64,000 bases of DNA from the human T2T-CHM13v2.0 reference genome, Homo sapiens, in assembly GCF_009914755.1 (NCBI RefSeq), contig NC_060927.1; one strand, given 5' to 3'. The notes below the pieces were generated by a model. It did no database searches and was not told the origin of the DNA. It worked only from the letters and a program-made list of their open reading frames with translations. Below, in pieces: positions 1-14,757 of this stretch; positions within the stretch are counted from its first letter, which is position 1, and each line of letters opens with the position of its first letter. Position numbers and translations under genes: made by a program.

Positions 1-1950
1 GAGGTATTTGGAACAAGTCACCAGACTTCATGGGATATTATTAGTGAAATAAGAGCAACGAAAGGGCTGAGTTAAGGCAGTGACCCCAGAGTTTGTTTTG
101 GGATTAGTCAGGGAGATCTATTTTGCCCTTCCCTCAAGGCATTCACAATAGCTGCATACCAACCTGACTGTGCAGTTACATGGGGACCTGGCTCAAAAGA
201 GCCCATGCTTGTTTTAATGATCTGCTGTGGCCATCTTTAAATTGTAATAATGTTTAAACAATGGGCCCTGTATTTCATCTTGCAAATTTTGTAGTCTTGG
301 ATGTAGCTTTCTGGCCCCTGAATTTGTAGAGTAAGAAAGTAACAGCACAGAGACTTCATTCTCAACCAATATCTTCACTGCTTACAAAGAAGTGAGTTCT
401 GCACAGTTAGGGACAGGTAGATACATTCTTTATTGAACCTCTAACTGAGTGTCAGGCACAATGAACTAGAACTAAAATGTGGTCTTAGTTAACCTTGCTC
501 TCAAATATCTAGAGTCAGCATGGAGAGGTAAGACCCACAAAATGGAGACTGGCCAAATAGAACAGAAAATGGGAATGAAACGACTAGAGACATAAAACCC
601 TGTCTTAATAACAAGCCCGGCACAAGTCTGCCCATCAGAAGGCCAGCTCTGGGCACAGAGTTAATAAATCCAACCAAATTCCAGGATCAGCTTCAGGAGC
701 AGGCACCATCTCCTTTGGGATAAGACAAGAGAAGCTACTGACTCTACTCGTATCTCCCTGTTCTCTGGTTTCTGGACCCCAGTGGTCCAGAGCTTGCTTT
801 CTCGGTGCACAGAAGCATTTTCTCCCACTGAATTGCCTTGTTTTACGACCCTGAGTTAAATCTATATTACAAATCAAGTGTGGAGTATTTTTTCAACTGA
901 AAGGCAGTGACATACAGAAAAAATTAACCAAGGGCCACGTAAAGGTCAAGTCCAATTTGTTGTTATATTAGGATTTTTTTTATTGGCACTCCAGGGAAAT
1001 ATCAAAGGTGAAACGTGATTGCTTTTAAATTAGGATCAAGGAGGCTTCAAGTTAACGAATTCTGTCTAAGCCTGCTTATTAGGTGATCCTGACTGTGAAG
1101 TGATCTCACATTTTCTTATGAGAAGATATGGAGAGAGACAGAAAGAGAGAATATTTTAGATTTTCAACCATCTTAAATACGTAAACTTTTCAGGTTGTAG
1201 AAAAGGTAGCTAAAAATATTCTTAAAAGATTTAATTTTGGGTTAGATACAGAGATTTAAAATCATAGACTATATAAAATAATTCATTAAGTTAATATTGC
1301 TTTGTTTCACTTTTACATTTTATAAAATGATTTTATCTAAACTCTTTGTACGCATCTTTGGCTTGTGTCTTCACCACTAAAGCCAATTTTGAGTCTTTTA
1401 AAATTGTTTCCCAGATATATTCACTAATAAAAGATAATTTTGTCTTCTATATAGATGAACCTCAGATTTTTGAAGTCTTAACCCAATGAAAATTAATTTC
1501 ACACTTATCTAACAGTACAATGCAGGTGTACATTAATAGATGTGATTCACACGTGGTGATTCAGGCACCCAGGGTTCCCTCTTTGGACCTACGGTTTCAA
1601 GAGTGCTGTGCTCACTTGCAGGCAGCTTGTAGAAAGGAATGAAAGGGTGGAGGCAGCAACCCGCTTATCAACCACGTCAGCCTTTTAAAGGGGACACATA
1701 TCATTTCTGCTCACTTTCTACTGGCTAAATTAGTGACTTGGTCCTACCTAGGTACAACGTAGTCTTGGCAATGTGGTCACTTCTGAGCCATAATTCAATT
1801 CTATGGAAAGAGAATAACAGAGTTTGATGGAGTATTGGTCATCTAGGCCATATCATCTTAAGACAGAAGATGCTGTTACTGAAAAAGTTATTCCAAGATA
1901 TAAGTACCCATTGATAATACATATTAGGGAGGTTTTTGTAAGTTTTATAG

Positions 1951-2319
<369 letters not shown>

Positions 2320-3190
2320 TTATAGACATAAGTGAATATTTGCTGTTACTATGTTTATATGGCTTTTTAAAGTGATGTTTTAAAAGGCTTGTTTATAATG
2401 ACAACCAAAAGTAGCCATTGTAAGGTTACCACCAAAAGAAGGATCTCTAAATCCTTCTTGAGTTCCCCTCCTGACTCCTTGATTAGCAAATGGCTTCCAT
2501 AAGCAACTCATGCTGGTTTAACTCAGGTTAGTTTACACCATTGGACCTTCCCAAATAGTACATTGTTTTTTTGAGATAAAGCATTGAGAGAGCTCTCCTT
2601 AACGTGACACAATGGAAGGACTGGAACACATACCCACATCTTTGTTCTGAGGGATAATTTTCTGATAAAGTCTTGCTGTATATTCAAGCACATATGTTAT
2701 ATATTATTCAGTTCCATGTTTATAGCCTAGTTAAGGAGAGGGGAGATACATTCAGAAAGAGGACTGAAAGAAATACTCAAGTAGGAAAACAGAAAAAGAA
2801 AAAAAGGAGCAAATGAGAAGCCTAAAAAGAAGGGAGGAGGAGAAGGAAAACCCAACACCCCCACCTGCCTCCCACTTCTTATCCAAAGGCTCAAAGTCCC
2901 ACCCAGCTCCCTGCAACCATCACTTCTCACCACCTCCTCTGATTTAGCATCCTGGTGCCTACCTCCTATGTCCCTGTTCATCTAACAAACCAGCCCTCCC
3001 ATTTCCACCCTGCAAATCTGTCCCGCCTGCCCCAGTCTCCCCATTTACACACCTAAATTGGCTAAAATCTCCCCATACGTTTTTCCATTAGTCCCTCAAC
3101 TGGCATGTAATAGTCCAAGTGGAAAGAAATTCTGTGGCAGTTCAACAACACAGAACTAACAGAGCTCTCTCCTCTGCCTTTGTCTGCCAG

Positions 3191-3383
3191 GGAGTACTTT
3201 GTGGAGATGTACTATCGGAATGAGACGCAGCACGAGCCGTATCCCCTCATGCTACCTGGCTGCAGCCCCAGCTGTCCTCTGGAGAGGTTTGCTGAGCTGG
3301 TTGGCCCTGTGATCCCTCAAGACTGGTCCACGGAGTGTATGACCACAAACAGCCATCAAGGTACTGAGGACAGTACAGATTAG
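3191..3383 (+). CDS. ACP3: ACP3 last coding exon, secreted prostatic acid phosphatase C-terminus
   Basis: Branch point ACTAAC (3155-3160), pyrimidine tract and CAG| at 3190. Translation EYFVEMYYRNETQHEPYPLMLPGCSPSCPLERFAELVGPVIPQDWSTECMTTNSHQGTEDSTD* matches the human PAP C-terminus. Confidence 0.97.
3358..3366 (+). promoter_or_regulatory. ACP3: Internal alternative 5' splice site (AAG|GTACTG) used for the transmembrane ACP3 isoform
   Basis: Joining 3360 to 14178 gives in-frame ...NSHQ-VLKVIF..., the known TM-PAP junction. Confidence 0.92.
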
Positions 3384-4255
3384 TGTGCACAGAGATCTCT
3401 GTACAAAGAGTAGCTGCCCCTTCTCAGGGCAGATGATGCTTTGAGAACATACTTTGGCCATTACCCCCAGCTTTGAGGAAAATGGGCTTTGGATGATTAT
3501 TTTATGTTTTAGGGACCCCCAACCTCAGGCAATTCCTACCTCTTCACCTGACCCTGCCCCCACTTGCCATAAAACTTAGCTAAGTTTTGTTTTGTTTTTC
3601 AGCGTTAATGTAAAGGGGCAGCAGTGCCAAAATATAATCAGAGATAAAGCTTAGGTCAAAGTTCATAGAGTTCCCATGAACTATATGACTGGCCACACAG
3701 GATCTTTTGTATTTAAGGATTCTGAGATTTTGCTTGAGCAGGATTAGATAAGGCTGTTCTTTAAATGTCTGAAATGGAACAGATTTCAAAAAAAAACCCC
3801 ACAATCTAGGGTGGGAACAAGGAAGGAAAGATGTGAATAGGCTGATGGGCAAAAAACCAATTTACCCATCAGTTCCAGCCTTCTCTCAAGGAGAGGCAAA
3901 GAAAGGAGATACAGTGGAGACATCTGGAAAGTTTTCTCCACTGGAAAACTGCTACTATCTGTTTTTATATTTCTGTTAAAATATATGAGGCTACAGAACT
4001 AAAAATTAAAACCTCTTTGTGTCCCTTGGTCCTGGAACATTTATGTTCCTTTTAAAGAAACAAAAATCAAACTTTACAGAAAGATTTGATGTATGTAATA
4101 CATATAGCAGCTCTTGAAGTATATATATCATAGCAAATAAGTCATCTGATGAGAACAAGCTATTTGGGCACAACACATCAGGAAAGAGAGCACCACGTGA
4201 TGGAGTTTCTCCAGAAGCTCCAGTGATAAGAGATGTTGACTCTAAAGTTGATTTA

Positions 4256-4579
<324 letters not shown>

Positions 4580-4604
4580 AAAGTTGATTAAGAAAGGAAG
4601 TATA

Positions 4605-4733
4605 GGCCAGGCACAGTGGCTCACACCTGTAATCCTTGCATTTTGGAAGGCTGAGGCAGGAGGATCACTTTAGGCCTGGTGTGTTCAAGACCAGCCTGGT
4701 CAACATAGTGAGACACTGTCTCTACCAAAAAAA
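4605..4733 (+). mobile_element. Alu left monomer (FLAM-like)
   Basis: ggccaggcacagtggctcacacctgtaatcc...tctaccaaaaaaa, flanked by aaaggaag repeats. Confidence 0.85.
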
Positions 4734-5229
4734 GGAAGGAAGGGACACATATCAAACTGAAACAAAATTAGAAATGTAATTATGTTCTAAGTGCCTCCAA
4801 GTTCAAAACTTATTGGAATGTTGAGAGTGTGGTTACGAAATACGTTAGGAGGACAAAAGGAATGTGTAAGTCTTTAATGCCGATATCTTCAGAAAACCTA
4901 AGCAAACTTACAGGTCCTGCTGAAACTGCCCACTCTGCAAGAAGAAATCATGATATAGCTTTGCCATGTGGCAGATCTACATGTCTAGAGAACACTGTGC
5001 TCTATTACCATTATGGATAAAGATGAGATGGTTTCTAGAGATGGTTTCTACTGGCTGCCAGAATCTAGAGCAAAGCCATCCCCGCTCCTGGTTGGTCACA
5101 GAATGACTGACAAAGACATCGATTGATATGCTTCTTTGTGTTATTTCCCTCCCAAGTAAATGTTTGTCCTTGGGTCCATTTTCTATGCTTGTAACTGTCT
5201 TCTAGCAGTGAGCCAAATGTAAAATAGTG

Positions 5230-5235
5230 AATAAA
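5230..5235 (+). terminator. Polyadenylation signal, secreted ACP3 isoform
   Basis: AATAAA followed by U-rich and GU-rich tracts (5260-5305). Confidence 0.75.
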
Positions 5236-5612
5236 GTCATTATTAGGAAGTTCAAAAGCATTGCTTTTATAATGAACTTAGAAAAACGTATGTGTGTATG
5301 TTTAATTAGAATAAAATTCCTCTAGGCAGATTTCAGGAGCTCCCTTTGTGTTTGGGGTTTTTGTTTTAGTATAACAAGATGGAAAATATTAATATAAAGT
5401 AAAATGATTTGACTGGCTTAAATGAACATTTTACATTGAAAATATAGTTTGGACTTTACCACTTCAGATAAAGGTGAAGCTGTGGATGGCTCTGCCTCAT
5501 CTATTTAAGATGGAATTTGCTAAGGAAACACCCTCAGGAAGTGCACAATATACTAGGGAAGTAAAGAGATACATACTGTACAACATGGAAAAACCAGGGC
5601 TATGTCTTATGA

Positions 5613-6030
<418 letters not shown>

Positions 6031-7664
6031 TTTGTTACCTTTTCCCCTGACCCTACTCTTGTCTATCTTTATGAGCAGCAATACCTGGTAACTTAGGAGT
6101 TATTTTTTACCCTACCCTCTCCTTCATTCTCCATAGTCTCTCACCTCCTCTTGTAAATCTACCTGTGGTATGTTTGCAGAATTCTTTCCCTCAAAACACA
6201 AATAACAATATGCAGGTAGAGTGAAATATGATTAAGCAGCAAAAAATGTTAATAGAAAGAAAAATGTAAGGGTTGATGTGCTGCAGCCCGCTCATACAGA
6301 TCTCAAGAGTGGAATGTGTCCATCAGTTCCCAACTCTCAGTTCAACCACTTCACCTGGGCAGCTCCAATGTGGCAGGAGTATTTTCACCAAAGAAATTAA
6401 ATGCTACAAATCCTACCACCACACCACTGGTTTGGGCTCATAGAAAGTTTGTTAAGAGTCTGTGACATGAGGTGGCCTCTAATACAGTGAGTTCAATATT
6501 TGAACTTCTGTAAAGAAAAGGATTAGATTTATTCAGTATGATCTTAAAGAGGGATGCTAGGGGCAGCAGGTAAAAATTTCAGGGAGACAGATTTTCGTTC
6601 AGTGTTGGGAAACTCCTGAGGTAAGAAGTGCCCATTAGGCTGGGTGGCCACTCACCTTAGAAGAGAGATACTACAGAGAAGGCTGAAACATGGAAGATTG
6701 TAGGGGTTGAGTGGCTCATTAGTTTGGCCACCAAATCTAGCAAATAAAAGTACAGGATGCCGAGATAAATTTGACAAAAGGCTGTAACTGCCAAGTTTTT
6801 GTAATTCATTGGAAAAAAAAAAAAAAAAATACAGGACACTTAGGATGTTCTGAAAAAGCCGATACAGGAAGCAGGACAAAATCATTAAATATAGGATATG
6901 TCCTATATATGCAAGATATTTTGCAACCCTACTCCTTAGAGTAGGGGTTTCCACCCATTAAATTCTATCCATAACTATAAGCAGTGTTTTTAGCTAGTGC
7001 CAGTAGGCTCACTTAACCAGATTCCAGATCGTATCAATTAAATTCACCAGAGTCTTTGCTGGAAAATTCACAAGTCTAAGGCCATAGCACATTGCTTGAA
7101 AATAATAAAATTTGTCAAACTGCTTCTTTAATTCCAACATTTTACTAACACATTCAGACTTTCTTCACTAGTGCTCTCCCACCCCCATCTCAATGTCCAA
7201 CTCTAATTATTTCACAAGAAGGAGACTTACTAGTGAGAAGTCCCAGTTTTCTCTCATTATCTTTGTAAAGCTGAGAATCTACAGCACAAATACACATGCC
7301 CAAGATTCAACCTTGAGCTTCTTAAAGGCAGGATCCATACATGTTTCCTCTTTGAGTGTTCAGCCAGTAGACAACACCTAGAACCTTGTGCCTTCAATCA
7401 ATATTTGCTAACTGAATACATGTCCAGCCCTGCATACCTAGCATGGCTTCCTTGTGGCTGAGCTCAGAAGTCAGAAGCCTGGAACTCAGTTTATTTATAA
7501 ATAAGAGAGAGAAGCTATGAATGAGCCTCAAAAGTGATTATACTGTAGAGACCCAATCATTGGCCATAAACACATTTCTATGTGCCAACATGTCTGTAGT
7601 ATTTGACTTCTGTTTTCAGCATAGTTGTTTTGGCATTCTCATGTTCCTCCATTGCTATTAAAAG

Positions 7665-7734
7665 CCCTTGTTCAATGATATCCCTTGTTCAGTGATATCC
7701 CTTGTTCAATGATATCCCTTGTTCAATGATATCC
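7665..7734. repeat. 17-bp minisatellite, about 4.1 copies
   Basis: Unit cccttgttcaatgatat starts at 7665, 7682 (one substitution), 7699 and 7716. Confidence 0.97.
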
Positions 7735-8899
7735 AGCACCGCTCCTCCCTCAAAGATGAGGCCATCTGATTAAAATAACTGTTTCCTCATTCTTGTTGCC
7801 ATTATCTTCAGTTTCTTGGAATATATCTCACCATTTGCTAAAGACATTGGCAACTTGCTTTGGTATGCTCCAATTCGCTCCTCACTCCACTCCTGCCCTA
7901 AACCTAGGCAATTCTGACAGCTATAACGCTGACCTGTCCCATACACTGCTCACCATGCCAATACCTAAGCCTCTAGATCAAGTCAGTCACATGGTTTTTT
8001 CATTCTGATCTGTGAGTAGAGCTGAAGCAAGCCAAAGTCCAAGCCTATTGTCACCATTTCAAACGATGAATGTAGACATTTTATTCCATCCTCAACTGAG
8101 TCTCTCAGTGTTTCTTGGTAAATGTATTCACCCCTACTGAACACTTTTCCTACTCCCTGCAGGAAGGCCTGTTTGTCCCAAAAGTCTGACTCCATTTTGT
8201 TTTCTTTATTCTTATAAGCAAGATAATCTATTGATAAGTCCTTTAAGTTCTACTCTCACAATCTCAAAAATATCTCAGTAGCTTTAACCTTCCTTTGCTG
8301 CTGTCCCTCAGGAAACCACATTCCTCCCTGCATGGGCTGACCTCATTGTGAGTGTGAACCCATCTCCGCAGTCTCCTCAGGACCCCAGGGAATCTCTTGG
8401 CTAACTTCACTTTCTTCCTCTGCCCTGGCTCCTTCCCTTATACTACGAAAATGCCCAAATATCCTCTCATCAAAACACCATCAAGTGCTTATTCCACCTC
8501 ACTCTCTTCAATCTCAATTTTCTTGAACTAATGATTCACATGTTCTTGTACTATTTTCTCACATCCATCTTATGCTTTAACTATTCTGTAAAATTATGTC
8601 CACCCTTCTGTCATCTCTTTTTTTTTTAACTTCTCTTTTGAAAGCCATCAGTGTCTAATTCAGTGGCCTTTCTTTCATTGTGAAGCAGCTATTAGTATCC
8701 CCAATTTACAGAGAAGAAAACTGAACCTCAGAGGATAACATGCCACAAGTAATAGGATCAGGATTCAAGCCTAACACTTTCCAACATCCTATTTCTACCA
8801 TATCATACTCACTTTTCATTCCACGGTGTCTTGTGGACTACTTTCTTAGACCAATTTCCAAAAATAGGATTGGTGGGTCAAGATAAATGATTATTTAAT

Positions 8900-9450
8900 A
8901 AGCAATAGATTTACTGAGTACCTCTTATGTACTCAATATTTTCCTATGTATCAAGCATTAAGCTTGCTGAGTAAACAGCAGCAGACAAGAAGACTGTCCC
9001 CATATGGCTTGCAGACCTTATGGAGAGGAGGGGTGGACGAGGAAATGAATAATTAAATCAGCCCTAACAGCAAAGTATGGTGAATTCTGTGATGAAGGGC
9101 ATAAGGAGAAAACACAGCAGAGGCAATTAGCCTAATGGGTCAGAGAAGGCTTCTTGGAGGAGTGATGTTCAAACTGAAACCTGAAGGAGAAATGGTACTA
9201 AGCAGGTGAATGAAGGTGAGGAGAGAGGAGGATGTTACAGACAAAAGAGGAGAATGCATAAAGGCCAAGAGGCCAAAGGCAGCATAGAGCACTTTGGGAA
9301 CTGGAAAAAGTCTAGTGAATGTGTGGAGAGCTGAGGCTGCAGAGGCAAGCACTAAGTGCTCCATAGGTCAAGTTGAGCTGTTGTGCTCATGGAAAGGTTT
9401 TAGGCAGAGGACAGATGCTGTAACTGGCTTCTTGTTTTAGGAAGACCCTT
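8900..9450 (-). mobile_element. Old L2 fragment (approximate)
   Basis: L2-like motifs atttactgagtacctcttatgt and cagagaaggcttcttggaggagtgatgtt. Confidence 0.55.
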
Positions 9451-10140
9451 TTCAGTCATTACCTGTACGAGATCTCTTTGTAGTAAGATACAATTAATCA
9501 TGCTCTCTTTTCTCAGTGTCTAGGACAATGCTCTGGCAAACTCCTGAAATATTTTACAGTACAAAGGAGCATATCATTTAAAAATAAATAAATAAATATC
9601 ACAGGGAGAGAAAGCATACGCGCTCACCTGAGTCTTTTCTTTGTTTTCAGGTTCCTCATTCCACATTCAGTATTAGCCAGTATACCCAGGCCTCTGTCTT
9701 CTATGTCTACAATCCTTATTTCTACATCTAACTGTAGAATTCTTGACCTGTTTTGTCAAGCTGCCTACTGATAGTCTCTATCAGGATAATAACCTGTCTC
9801 AATCCCACACTGGAGACAAAATAAATTATCTTCTCTACTCCAAACCAATTCTTTTTTGTGGTCCCAATCTCAATTTATCTTCTCAATCACCCAAAAAAGA
9901 AGCCATGAGATTGCCTTGACCACAGCTCCTCCCTTACCAGTATATGTAGCCTGTTACTAAAGCCTGTTAATTCTACTGCATCTCTTGAATTCCCTCCTCT
10001 TCGTTCCCAGGGCCACAATTGCGGTTCTAAGCCCTGAGTGTCATATTAAAGGTATTTTCAATAGTTCTCTATCAAGCCTAATGTATCTCCACCATCCTAT
10101 CTTTTCCACAGTTTTTGTTTTTCTTAAACACAGAGTGGTT

Positions 10141-10515
<375 letters not shown>

Positions 10516-10545
10516 TCAAACCAAGCACTCTAAAAACTGGCCCCT

Positions 10546-10856
10546 GGCCAGGCACAGTGGCTCATGCCTGTAATCCCAGTACCTTGAGAGTCCGAGGTGG
10601 GATAATCGCTTGAGCCCAAGAGTTTAGGACCTGCCTGGGTAACATAGTGAGGCTCTATCTCTACAAAAAATACAAAAAAATTAGCTGAGCATGGTGGCAC
10701 GCATCTGTGGTCCCAGCTTCCCCCGGGAGGCTGAGGTGGGAGGATCACCCGGGCTTAGGAGGTTGAGGCTGCAGTGAGCAGTGATTGCACCACTGCACTC
10801 CAGCCTGAGCAATGCAGTGAGACCCTATCTCAAAAAACAAAAACAAAAACAAAAAC
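10546..10856 (+). mobile_element. Alu (J-type) with (CAAAAA)n tail
   Basis: Full dimer; TSD aaactggcccc. Confidence 0.92.
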
Positions 10857-12181
10857 AAACTGGCCCCCCATTTACACATGTGGTTTCACCTCCCTGAAGC
10901 CTGTATTCCAGTCATGTGTAACTCCTCATTATGTCCTAAACATGCCCTTGTGAAACTCTTTCTGTTTCATGGCAAAGTCTTACTCACCTTGCAGGTCAGC
11001 TCAATTCTTAGAAGACTTTCCAAACTCTTTCTCTTTCAAATAGAATACACTCTGCTGACTGCAACTTTCTCTTTGTTTCAATAGCATTTCTTTTGCACCT
11101 CCATTTTAGTAGTTATCACAGTATCTTGTAATTACCTTTCTGGTTCTCCTGCTAGACATTGAGCTCCTCGAGGGCAGAGATTATGGAACCTCAGCATCCA
11201 GTACAGCCTACCTGGTACATGTGTGCTCACCACATGTCTAGAAAGGAAAGAAGGAAGGATAAAGAGCAGAAAAGCATGTTCCATCAGACTGCTATGACAA
11301 CACAGCCCATAAAAATAACTGAAAATAAATTTCTAAATACAGAGTCAGCCATGAAAATAGATTTTTAAGGATCACTACTATCTGCCTTCCTCATTTCCAC
11401 TGAGTCCTTTCTTTCCCTCTTCAATTTCATTTAGTTGCCTTAAACTTATATTAAATCTATCTGCAGTTCTAATGAGACTGTCTCTCAGGGTATAACTTAA
11501 AACCACCTTTTCGTGATGCTAAGAAGCATCCTGGCATCATCAGAAAATACTGGACTAAGAGTTGGGAACTTATAAGTTCTAAGTCATTAAGTTTTTTCTA
11601 CAAACATTTATTAGTACTTGTTATGTGCCAGATACTGTTCTCAGTGCTTGAGATACATTCATGAACAAAAAAGATAAAAGTTCCTGCCTTTGCAAAGCTT
11701 GTGTTCTACTAGAGGGAGAGAGGGATAGATAACAAATAATAAGCATAATAAGTGTTCTGGAAGATGAGGATCACAATGGCCAATTTGGGGTGAAGTGAAG
11801 GAGGATATACAAGATGCACTTTTAAATGGGAAGGTCTCATGGAGATGAGATTTAGGCAAAGAAAGCAAGGGATGTGTGGGAGAGCATTCAGGCCATGATA
11901 ACAGGTATAGCAAAGTCACTAAGGCAGGACTGCTTGGCATGTTTGAAGAACAGCATAAGGATTATGAGGCCAGAAGTGAGTGAGTGAAGGGAGGGTGATA
12001 GGAGAGGAAATGTGAGGGGACTCATAGGAGACAGATGATGTGGATCCTCATAAACTATCATCATTAGAACTGTAGCTTTTATTCTGATTGAGATGAGCAT
12101 TCATTGCAGACTTTGTTTTAAGGAGAGAAGTGGCATGATTTGACTTTAAGTCATTTGACTGCTGTGTTAAAAATGGATTGT

Positions 12182-12789
<608 letters not shown>

Positions 12790-14177
12790 TTACAAAGGAG
12801 AAAGGATAGATAGAAACAAGGGAACAAATAAGAGGCCATTATAGTGATCCTGGCAAAAGACGATGGTGGTTCAAAGCAGGGTGGTGGCAGAGAAGAAAAG
12901 AAGTCAGTGTTGGGATATATTTTTCAGTAAGACCAATAGGATTTCCTGATAGTGTAAGCTGTGAGAAAAATAAAGGAGTTAAAGAAGACTCCAAGAGTTT
13001 TATCCTAAGCCAACAGAAGAAGGGAGTTTCCATCAACTGAGAAGAGGGAAGGCTCTGGGAAGAGCAAATTTGGTGTGGGGAATGAGGATGGGGAGATCAA
13101 GAGTTCAGTTTTGGACTTGAGATTGAAATGCCTATTAGATATCTAAAGAAACATATCAAGTATACAATTGGATAAATGAGTCTTGCGCTTAAGATAGATG
13201 TCAGAGCTGGAGATTTATATTTGGAAGTAATTACTGAATAGATGGTTTTTAAAATCATGAGACTGATAAGATCCCAACCCCAATACAATTATCTGCTTAA
13301 CCATAACCAGATTATCTAATTGCTCTGCTTCTTATTTTCCTCATTCTCTTAATGATAATGTCAGGTGAAATCAGTGATTTTCACCTGTCTTCTATGCTGC
13401 ACTAGGGTTCTGTAGAAAGAGCTGATGGGATCAGAGGGATGTTTGCTCTCCTATTGCCTAAGCCAACAAGAAACCCTATATTTTTACAATGAAAAGACAT
13501 ACATTTAGAGATGGTACAAACTGGTATTTATGATGTGTATACTATAGTGGACTAGGGTGCGTGTATAGGAGAGTAACTTTCCAGATGAAATAATGAATTA
13601 GCATCTCATTACGAAATGGCCCCAAATATCTGCTTTTACTGGTCAGCTATCAAAAGAATATGTGTAAATAAAGGTACATATTAGAAATAGTACACAGTTA
13701 TGCTAGAAACGTTTGCCATAGAGACAAAATGTGCACAAGATCTCCTCTTCAACAAATATTTACCTAAAAATCAAATTTAAAAATCGAAGGATTTCATTTC
13801 TTTTAGATCCAATTGATTGCAGTTGAGCATTCAGAATTTCCTTTGACCCTGAGACCATGGACAATTGGTAATATAACTGTAAAAAATGCATAAAGTTAGT
13901 GCTATAAGAGGACTTAGAAATACTTCAGCTAATTACCCTCCCTTTTCAGTGGGGAGCTGAATCTCAAGGGTCAAAGTTTATGCTGGAACTGGAACCTAGG
14001 TCATCTCCTGACTCCTAGTCCTGTGCTCTTCTTAGCACACACATAATGCTGATTTCAAGGCCTCTTTAGCAACTCCTCTGAAATTTGCAATTAAGGCAGA
14101 AAGCAACACTCACATGTGATCTTCCTATTTTCCTAATGCATTAATTTTACATTAATACTTTTCCTATTTTCCCACAG

Positions 14178-14296
14178 TTCTAAAGGTCATCTTTGCTGTT
14201 GCCTTTTGCCTGATATCTGCTGTCCTAATGGTACTACTGTTTATCCACATTCGCCGTGGACTCTGCTGGCAGAGAGAATCCTATGGGAACATCTGA
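14178..14296 (+). CDS. ACP3: ACP3 distal terminal exon encoding the transmembrane helix and lysosomal targeting motif (TM-PAP)
   Basis: Acceptor ttcctattttcccacag|. Phase-1 translation (V)LKVIFAVAFCLISAVLMVLLFIHIRRGLCWQRESYGNI* has a hydrophobic helix, a basic stop-transfer segment and a terminal YxxPhi motif. Absent from the ORF track. Confidence 0.95.
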
Positions 14297-14751
14297 ACAG
14301 ACAGCTGGATAAGCCAGGCCAACCTCCTGTGACACAGCATCTCTCAGTGGTGCCGCATCTAAAGGACAGGCTTTTGCCATGTGGGCATTGCCATCCTCAC
14401 ACCCTGCCTTTTGAATCTGCCCAGAGCAGGGTCTGAACTCACAGTGACCCACAGACTGCTGCTGGATGAACACTCAGGCTACCTAGGTCTTCTCATAATG
14501 GAGTGGTAGTGCAGGCTGCTTGTTCAGCTAGAAAGAGGCTGTTATGCATAGGATGGTTGTATTCTCTGCCACAGTTGTCCGGAGAGAAATAAGAAGCCAA
14601 ACTCCAATCAGCCTTTTACCTGCAAAGAGTGAAGGGTGAGAAGGTGGACAAAGACATAGATTAGAAAAATACTGGATATTGGGGGAAGTTAGACTAGAAG
14701 TATTATTATACAGGGTGATTCTTACGAAAGAAGACCCAATCATAAATTATA

Positions 14752-14757
14752 AATAAA
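14752..14757 (+). terminator. Polyadenylation signal, TM-PAP isoform
   Basis: First AATAAA after the TM exon stop, followed by U-rich sequence. Confidence 0.7.

Noticed and set aside
6491-6910. Short AT-rich hairpins (agttcaa/ttgaact and atatagga/tcctatat)
   Set aside because: 7-8 bp AT-rich stems are expected by chance at this window size.
14206-14436. 76-aa ORF overlapping the TM exon
   Set aside because: Wrong frame; the real product is the spliced TM-PAP tail.
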